From a virus (taxonomy: Duplodnaviria > Caudoviricetes), in the IMG/VR virus record IMGVR_UViG_3300031555_004728, positions 192,001 through 256,000 of that record: a DNA stretch of 64,000 bases; one strand, given 5' to 3'. Position numbers and translations under genes: made by a program. Below the pieces are notes generated by a model. It was not told the origin of the DNA. It ran no database searches and was given only the letters and a program-made list of their open reading frames with translations. Shown piece after piece: positions 57,094 to 64,000 of this stretch; positions within the stretch are counted from its first letter, which is position 1; the number at the start of each line of letters is the position of its first letter.

Positions 57094-57768
57094 ATGAGTA
57101 AAAAAGGGAAAAAAGTCACAAAAATTCCTAAAATGAATAAGTTTGAATATAGAGTACCATTAGATTCTTTTAAAAATAGAGATAAATTTATTAAACGAGT
57201 TGAGAGATTAATTCGTTCATCTTTAGAATATAGAGATTTGATGTTTTATCTTAAAGAAAATATGGATTTTAATCAGTGCTCATTTTTTATTCATGTTGAA
57301 AATGGGAATGGAATAAAAGCTAGAATTGAAATTCATCACGAACCATTTACATTATATGATATCGTTGATACAGTATTGACTAAATTTGAGCAGGAAGGTA
57401 GACCTATAAATGATATGTATATTGCTGATGAAGCGATGGAATTACATTATAGAAATATGGTCGGTTTAATACCTTTATCTAAAACTATTCATGAAGTAGT
57501 TCATAGTAGTTATAAAGAAGGAACAAACAAATTATTCATTCCTATGAATTTAGTTTATGGAAACTTTAGAGAATTCATTAAAGAATATGGTGAATATATT
57601 GATGATTCTATTTATGAAAGATATAAATTCAAGATAGATAGTTCAAAAGGTTTAACACAAGAATCATTTAATGCTATTATGACTGAATTTGAATATCTTG
57701 AAATTGGAGGAAATGAACAACTTCAAAAATTTGAAGATGAAAGTGATGAAAATATTTTAGTTGCATAA
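57094..57768 (+). CDS. HNH-like nuclease-fold protein
   Basis: IEIHHEPF...GLIPLSKTIHEVVH. Confidence 0.45.
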   Translation: MSKKGKKVTKIPKMNKFEYRVPLDSFKNRDKFIKRVERLIRSSLEYRDLMFYLKENMDFNQCSFFIHVENGNGIKARIEIHHEPFTLYDIVDTVLTKFEQEGRPINDMYIADEAMELHYRNMVGLIPLSKTIHEVVHSSYKEGTNKLFIPMNLVYGNFREFIKEYGEYIDDSIYERYKFKIDSSKGLTQESFNAIMTEFEYLEIGGNEQLQKFEDESDENILVA

Positions 57769-57893
57769 AATATGAAGAAGTATCTACTTTTGTAGATACT
57801 TCTTCATATAAGTTTAAATTTTAAGAAATATATTATTTCTTAGAATGATTATACATAAATAATCATATTATTGAGGGAAGGAGAAAATACGAA

Positions 57894-59237
57894 ATGTCTG
57901 ATAGTGAATTTATTTTAGATGCTGATTCAGAAGATAGTATAGACTTAACTGATGAATCGGCTGTAGAGAAATTAAAGCCAACAACTGATGTAGCACATTC
58001 AATATTAGAACCTATGAAAATCGAACCTTTGAAACTACCGCAGCATATTATTGACCAGATGATGGCAAGTTATGATGTAGTATGTCTTAATGATTTTCAA
58101 GATATGTATCATATGTCTGAAGAAGAAAGAAAACGTTCATTCCAATTCTATGAAGTCTTTAGAGAAATGAGAATGATAAAAATTAAACATAGAACTTTAA
58201 ATTCATATGTAGAAGCATACAGAATTATGCTTAAGGTTCTTAATGCAGTTGCAGAAGTTAATGGTGTTTATGAAAAAGATGAATTCATTAAGAAAGTTCT
58301 TAAGGGTAAGATTAAAGTTTCAGGTCTTAAGAAACCGAAATATGTTGGACGTGGAAAGAAAGATATTAACTGGGAATTAGTATCTGAATATATTTTGGAC
58401 TTAGATAAAGATCCAAAAGACTTAATGAAATATAAAAATGAAGCATATTTCGATTGTATAACAGAAGATGATATTAAAGAATTAGAAGAAGACCTTGGAA
58501 CTACAATTGAAGATTACATGGATAGCCATGAAGATGTATCAGATAAATATCTTGAAGAGATAGATGTAGAAGAAACAGATGTTGCAGGAATGAATGTGGT
58601 TATTCCATTATCTAAGAAAGAACAAAGAAACTTATTAAAGAATAATAGGGGAATTCTTATAGGTATTAAAGATGCTGCTAAAATGAGAAATTCTAACGTG
58701 AGTAGAATTTATTCATCCTATGCGTACGAGCTTACGAGAGATGCCTTTGATGAAATCAAAGAACGAGATGAATCAACTGGTAGAATTAAATTACCTGAAT
58801 TTAAAGGTTCTGCAATGAATAAATCTGATGTTGATAGATATATGTATGTTCTTGATGAGTATGATAGAGCTCATACTAAAATAGAGTATAATGGAAGATA
58901 TTATACACCAGATGATATTGATGAAATGGAACTTAAGAGAATTCTTGAAAATAATGGATTTGATATTAGAAAATTCTATAGTTACAAGAAAGATGAGAAA
59001 AGAATTCGAAAACAACAAAAACGTGATAAAGAGAAAATAAAGAGACTTAAGAAAACTCTTAAGAAAGCAGAAAAACGTTACGAAGAAAGAGATTCGCATG
59101 GTAAAGTAAATCATAAGAAAAAGAAAAGTAAAAAAGGCAAAAAGAAAGGAAAAAAGATAGCTAACCATGTAGCAACTAGTTCAGGTTATGAGTCATTTGA
59201 TGACTATGCAAGAATGATGGAGAGTTGGAGTGATTAA
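57894..59237 (+). CDS. hypothetical protein with basic C-terminus
   Basis: AAGGAG RBS; TATATTAT motif upstream. Confidence 0.75.
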   Translation: MSDSEFILDADSEDSIDLTDESAVEKLKPTTDVAHSILEPMKIEPLKLPQHIIDQMMASYDVVCLNDFQDMYHMSEEERKRSFQFYEVFREMRMIKIKHRTLNSYVEAYRIMLKVLNAVAEVNGVYEKDEFIKKVLKGKIKVSGLKKPKYVGRGKKDINWELVSEYILDLDKDPKDLMKYKNEAYFDCITEDDIKELEEDLGTTIEDYMDSHEDVSDKYLEEIDVEETDVAGMNVVIPLSKKEQRNLLKNNRGILIGIKDAAKMRNSNVSRIYSSYAYELTRDAFDEIKERDESTGRIKLPEFKGSAMNKSDVDRYMYVLDEYDRAHTKIEYNGRYYTPDDIDEMELKRILENNGFDIRKFYSYKKDEKRIRKQQKRDKEKIKRLKKTLKKAEKRYEERDSHGKVNHKKKKSKKGKKKGKKIANHVATSSGYESFDDYARMMESWSD

Positions 59238-59239
59238 GT

Positions 59240-60187
59240 ATGTATGAAGGAAATGAAGAAATCTTATTACATTCAATGGTTAAAAAACACTTTTCACCAG
59301 AATTATTATTTGAACTCGATCGTCTTAGTATGACTCGTAATGTTGATAATAATACGAAAGGTGTTGTAGTTAATCAGATTTTAACAGCATATAATATTCC
59401 ATTTAAACCATTAGGAAGCGGAACCAATAGATATGCAGTTTTAATTGAAGATTATGTATTTAAATTTGCTCTTGATGAAGATGGAAAAACTGATAACAAG
59501 AGAGAATTTATTTATTCACAAGCAGCACAACCATATGTAATTAGATTTTATGAATGTATGGCAAATGGTCTTATTGGAGTATGTGAATACTTTGAAGTAT
59601 TTTCTGAAGAAGATTTCTTTATGACAAAAAATCAAATCGAAATGAAGAAAATCTTAAAAGAATTATCACAGATATTCTTAATAGGTGATGTTGGTATTTA
59701 TAAAAAGAATTATACCAATTGGGGTTATAGACAAACTGATGGTAAAATTGGTATTTTGGATTTTGCATATTGTTATAAACTGAGTTATCAAGTATTTCAA
59801 TGTACTTGTAAAGATAAAGGAATGCTTTATTATGATGACTCTTACAACCAATTAATATGTCCTTTCTGTAATAAGAAACATACATTCTGGGAAGTTCGAA
59901 AAAGAATTCCAAAAAAACAAGAACAGGAAGAAATTGGTGATCTTACTACGAAAGGATATGTTGTTAGATCAGAATGGGAAAAACAACCTTTAAATCCAAA
60001 GTTTACAGAAATACCAGGTAAGAAAAAGAAAAAGAAGAAAGTTATTAAAGAAGAAAAATTACCATCATATGATGATTTGACAGACTATCAGCCAAGTCCA
60101 GATGAAGCATTTGAGATGTTTGTAAAATCATTGAAAAAGAAAAATACCGAAAGTGAGGAAAATGATAATGGGAAAGAAGAAGAATAA
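59240..60187 (+). CDS. protein kinase-like protein with C-terminal Zn ribbon
   Basis: LGSGTNR, VFKFA, NKRE, GDVG...NWG, ILDFAY; CxC...CPFC. Confidence 0.7.
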   Translation: MYEGNEEILLHSMVKKHFSPELLFELDRLSMTRNVDNNTKGVVVNQILTAYNIPFKPLGSGTNRYAVLIEDYVFKFALDEDGKTDNKREFIYSQAAQPYVIRFYECMANGLIGVCEYFEVFSEEDFFMTKNQIEMKKILKELSQIFLIGDVGIYKKNYTNWGYRQTDGKIGILDFAYCYKLSYQVFQCTCKDKGMLYYDDSYNQLICPFCNKKHTFWEVRKRIPKKQEQEEIGDLTTKGYVVRSEWEKQPLNPKFTEIPGKKKKKKKVIKEEKLPSYDDLTDYQPSPDEAFEMFVKSLKKKNTESEENDNGKEEE

Positions 60188-61829
60188 GAAGAAAGATAAC
60201 ATGATGTTATTTGGAAAAGATTATTCAGAAGATGTGACATTTGAAGAGCAATGTAGATTAAATCTTATTGCTGAAAAACTTATGGCTGGTGAAAATGTTG
60301 ATTTGGATTTTGATGACAAAGAAAAAACAAAGAAAAAACATCCAGCTGATTTGTTAATCCCTAATACTGAATGTGCAATTGAAGAAGGTGTAAATCAAGG
60401 TGCACTTCAAGATGTTTTTGTAAGATTAGGTATGACAAAAGATGATGAGGTTGGTTGTCAGGATGACAGCGACCTCAAACAATTAGCATCACAAATCGAA
60501 GACGGTTATGTTGCAGTCATGAATTATGATCAACCAGTTGAATCTGATGAAGATGATGAAGATGATTTGGATGATGGTATTTTTGGAGATAGATTCCAAG
60601 ATCCAATATTTGATGACCCTGATGACCCAGACGATCAAGATGATGACTTTAAAGAAGATGAGGATGAAAGTGAAATGTCAGTAACGCTTGATAGTAAGTT
60701 TAAACTTATTAGAAATGATAGTAACGACTTTGGAGATTTGATTTTGAATATTCCATGGGATAAAGAAAATAAGATATTCTTAAATATTGCAAATGCAAGA
60801 GAATTTATAGTTAACTATGAAGATTCAAAATTATTCCAACAAATGAAAGAAATGGCTGTTTTGGCTGCAGCTTTTATAGCAGGACCAATACTTGTAATTC
60901 CAGGTACAAGTAGAGAATTGAAGAAATTCATAAGTGAATGTCATTCATTTGATAAAAATAGAATATTCTTTGTAAGTAAAACAGATGATACAAGAAAAGA
61001 TGAAGATGGAAACCCAATTGTTCACTTCTTGGTGTATTATATAGATGAAGAAAGTGGAAACTTCATGGAAAGATATATTGATGAATATTCCATTGGTAGT
61101 AAAGATGAAAGTGAAGATGAAAAAGTTCATGCTGCACTTGATATTCTCTTTACACTATTCTTCAAAGCATGTTTCAGACTTGATAATAGATTTGCAGATT
61201 TAAATAACCTAGATTCAATAATCTGGGAAAATAAGTCAAGTAGTAGTGAAATCGAATATGTATTTGACCTCATCAAGAGAGATAAAGATACAAAACTTGC
61301 TGAATCAGACTTTGCATCTTTCAATGAATTAGTTTTACCTATCGAAGCATTGATTCCTAGAAATAAAGAAGATATTGATACTGTTTTCGGTATGTTCCAA
61401 GTACTTCTTTCATTATTCTTAGATGATGAAAAAGGAAAAGATCAACTTAGATTTGATGAAAGAAATATTCCTATCTTACCAGATAACTTTGGATTCGATG
61501 AAAATGGTCAAAGAATCAATGTTGAAGATAAACAAGAGGAATTTACTATAGAAGAACTTGTTAGTGATCGTGAAATGGTTGAGAGTGTTTCTTTAAAAGA
61601 AGAACAAGAAGTTGTGATTATGACAGGTTCAGCACATGTAGCAGCCCCTACAAAAGATGAAATTGTAAATCCGACTGTTGAAGATGAAAAAGGAGATGAC
61701 GAAATCACTATCGATGAAATTGAGGGTGATGCTGATATCGAATTACCATTAGGAACAGTTTCAGATTCAGGAATCAAGAAATTAGATTCTGATGATGTAA
61801 CAAGACCCCTTGTCATTGAAACAAAATAA
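60153..61829 (+). CDS. acidic hypothetical protein
   Basis: Long ORF, D/E-rich. Confidence 0.75.
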   Translation: MRKMIMGKKKNKKKDNMMLFGKDYSEDVTFEEQCRLNLIAEKLMAGENVDLDFDDKEKTKKKHPADLLIPNTECAIEEGVNQGALQDVFVRLGMTKDDEVGCQDDSDLKQLASQIEDGYVAVMNYDQPVESDEDDEDDLDDGIFGDRFQDPIFDDPDDPDDQDDDFKEDEDESEMSVTLDSKFKLIRNDSNDFGDLILNIPWDKENKIFLNIANAREFIVNYEDSKLFQQMKEMAVLAAAFIAGPILVIPGTSRELKKFISECHSFDKNRIFFVSKTDDTRKDEDGNPIVHFLVYYIDEESGNFMERYIDEYSIGSKDESEDEKVHAALDILFTLFFKACFRLDNRFADLNNLDSIIWENKSSSSEIEYVFDLIKRDKDTKLAESDFASFNELVLPIEALIPRNKEDIDTVFGMFQVLLSLFLDDEKGKDQLRFDERNIPILPDNFGFDENGQRINVEDKQEEFTIEELVSDREMVESVSLKEEQEVVIMTGSAHVAAPTKDEIVNPTVEDEKGDDEITIDEIEGDADIELPLGTVSDSGIKKLDSDDVTRPLVIETK

Positions 61830-61895
61830 AAGAAATTGGGAGTAAATTTACTCCCTTTCTTTTTTATAAATATATCATTATATTGAGGTGATAGA

Positions 61896-62549
61896 ATGAT
61901 TTATATAATGAACACAAAAACTTTTATTAAAATTTTCTCAAAGGAAGACCCTAAGAGAATTGAAAAAACACAATTCGTTGTAATCTCAAAACGAATTAGA
62001 AAAACTGTCGAAGATCCGAATGTAATTTTCTGCTCAAAACTATTTCCATCTGATATGTTATTAGCAGATTACAGGATAGGAGTAGATGGATATTTCCAAG
62101 AAAAGTATAAAGAAGAAATTGAAAAATCTAAACTTACTTTAGCAGTTATTATTAAAGGTGCTATTGAAGAACGTATGCCAATTGTATTCTTATGTACTTT
62201 GAAAGAGTGGAAAGTTGGATATATGAAAATTCTTGCAGAATATATTATGGAAGAATTCGGATATCCAATTATAAATTACAAGAAATATAAAATTAAAAAA
62301 GAATTACCAAAGGAAATTAAACAACTTAATGAAAGAGCTATAATTGATAGATGTGATGAAGTCATTAAACAAGAAGAAAAGAAACGCAAAAAGAAACTTA
62401 TGAAAACAAGAGGTGGAAGGTTAGAGCTTCTTAAATCTATGAGTACAGAAGAAATGAAAGCACAACTTAAAAAGATGGCTCTCTATTCAAATGGATTAGA
62501 TAAACACACAATGAGAGAATTATTGATGGAATTCTTTGTTGAAAGGTAA
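61896..62549 (+). CDS. DUF488-like protein
   Basis: LFPSDMLL...FQEKYKEEI...IVFLC...ILAEYI pattern. Confidence 0.5.
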   Translation: MIYIMNTKTFIKIFSKEDPKRIEKTQFVVISKRIRKTVEDPNVIFCSKLFPSDMLLADYRIGVDGYFQEKYKEEIEKSKLTLAVIIKGAIEERMPIVFLCTLKEWKVGYMKILAEYIMEEFGYPIINYKKYKIKKELPKEIKQLNERAIIDRCDEVIKQEEKKRKKKLMKTRGGRLELLKSMSTEEMKAQLKKMALYSNGLDKHTMRELLMEFFVER

Positions 62550-62554
62550 TTAAT

Positions 62555-63316
62555 ATGTTACCAAGTAATTTTAATGAAAAATCAAATTACACAAACCAAA
62601 ATATACTCTATTTATTCAATAGATTAATCTATGAATATGATATTCATTCAGCAGATATAAATCTTTGTAGATATTATAATATTTTACCTAAGGAAACAAT
62701 TGAGAAGATATCAAATCTTGATAAGATGAGACGTGTTGTTAAAATTGGTAAACTTCAAAAAGAAAAAGAGTTTAGAGATAAACTTAAAAAAGCTTTTGAA
62801 GATATAAGAAAAGAATTTTATGATTCTAATAAATTAGATATTAATGATATTCTTGCTGTTAAAAAGGATGCTATTTTTACAACAACTTCGTGTGGTTCTG
62901 TTGTATTTGGACCTGTTGAATTTCAAGTAAAAAATATTTACACATCATATATCCAATTACCAAATAGGATTGAAATATATTATAATAGTAATGGGAAATG
63001 TGATATAAAAGGAATTGATGATGAGGTGGTTAAACTTCATAATGACGGTATTATGAAAGTTATTATTAATTTCTTTAAAAAGATGGAGACTGGTAGTACA
63101 ATGGATGTACTTAAATACCTAAATAGAGTTTCTACATCATATAAACTTCGAGAATTACCGTTAGAATACTATAGAGAATTTAATAATAATTCCAAATATA
63201 CAATAACTGGTTCAGAAGATACATATGATGAGTTTTGGGAAGAAAGTAAAGATGAACTGAATATTATGTATAATTTCATTAATGTGTTAATTCCATTGGT
63301 TAAAATTCCATTATAG
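62555..63316 (+). CDS. small PolB palm-like protein
   Basis: YEYDIHSA (motif A-like), AVKKDAIF (motif C-like), DIKGID. Confidence 0.5.
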   Translation: MLPSNFNEKSNYTNQNILYLFNRLIYEYDIHSADINLCRYYNILPKETIEKISNLDKMRRVVKIGKLQKEKEFRDKLKKAFEDIRKEFYDSNKLDINDILAVKKDAIFTTTSCGSVVFGPVEFQVKNIYTSYIQLPNRIEIYYNSNGKCDIKGIDDEVVKLHNDGIMKVIINFFKKMETGSTMDVLKYLNRVSTSYKLRELPLEYYREFNNNSKYTITGSEDTYDEFWEESKDELNIMYNFINVLIPLVKIPL

Positions 63317-63351
63317 ATATCCGATATGATAAAAATCATATCGGATATTTT

Positions 63352-63915
63352 TTATAATAATATTGAATTATTATGGTCAGTTACAATCTTGAGCATAATA
63401 TTTAATGATTGACCAATTATATATTGCATAATATATGTAGAGTTGAATATCAGTCTATTTTTTAATAATAAATCTGTATTTAATCCAGTAAATACAGCTT
63501 CTGATACTTTTTTTACATCTTCGTCAATATTTATAATTTCATATTTTTGTTGTAAAGTCAAAGGTGCTCTAAGTGCAGAATATACTTCACTCATAATCAT
63601 ATTATCAATCATTGTTTTAACTTTTTCTGAAGCTAAAATTTCATCCATAATAAGTGCTTCACTATCTAAAATATGATCATCAAGATATAATTTATATCTT
63701 TCTATTCTTCTAATATATTTAGATTTCTCAGTTTCAGGAAGTTCTTGAAGTTTCTTAAGTTTTTTATTGATTGAATCAATTATATATGGAGAGATAAGAT
63801 TTTCTAAATAACTCTCATATACATAACGAATTAAATTAATAAATAAAACTACTACTCCAAAGATTCCAAGAATTAATCCCATAATAATTAATATGGTAAA
63901 TAGTGTAGATTTCAT
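63352..63915 (-). CDS. hypothetical protein with N-terminal TM
   Basis: AGGAGG RBS. Confidence 0.7.
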   Translation of the reverse strand: MKSTLFTILIIMGLILGIFGVVVLFINLIRYVYESYLENLISPYIIDSINKKLKKLQELPETEKSKYIRRIERYKLYLDDHILDSEALIMDEILASEKVKTMIDNMIMSEVYSALRAPLTLQQKYEIINIDEDVKKVSEAVFTGLNTDLLLKNRLIFNSTYIMQYIIGQSLNIMLKIVTDHNNSILL

Positions 63916-64000
63916 AATCCAACCTCCTAATTTTATTTTATTAAAAATAGTGTGCTAGAATTTATAAGTTTTTAAATGATGTAATATTTTAATATAAATA

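Noticed and set aside
123-63676. Many short ORF-track entries antisense to or nested in long genes (e.g. 123..308, 3338..3730, 21286..21474, 58791..59168)
   Set aside because: Shadow ORFs of AT-rich coding strands with no RBS or recognisable motifs.

Overview
AT-rich, gene-dense segment of a jumbo phage with a contractile tail. It resembles the phiKZ/AR9(PBS1)-like phages that encode their own multisubunit RNA polymerase, and the host is probably a Firmicute (clostridial-type IF-1, SleB-like and YneA-like genes). The window encodes a portal, tail sheath and tube, split RNAP beta' pieces (one with a 283-nt group I intron inside the catalytic DxDGD motif), a split family-B DNA polymerase, NrdD with a mini-intein, an SbcD/Mre11 nuclease, a 5'-3' exonuclease, IF-1, an HD hydrolase, a kinase and a tyrosine recombinase. 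The main finding is six dispersed copies of an 82-bp imperfect palindrome. Each copy is fused in the same reading frame (TAA-CAA-AAC-TGC-AAY, QNCN) to a different cassette lacking a 5' start codon; three cassettes carry recognisable tail-fibre tip motifs. A shufflon-type tyrosine recombinase and a DUF4376-like fibre protein lie among them. Together these suggest a genome-dispersed receptor-binding cassette-swapping system. Other observations: a structured ~350-nt ncRNA candidate, a second structured intergenic RNA, an A-rich tract bracketed by ~50-bp inverted repeats, two phage promoter motifs and several paralog families. All family calls come from motif recognition by eye; no searches were run.
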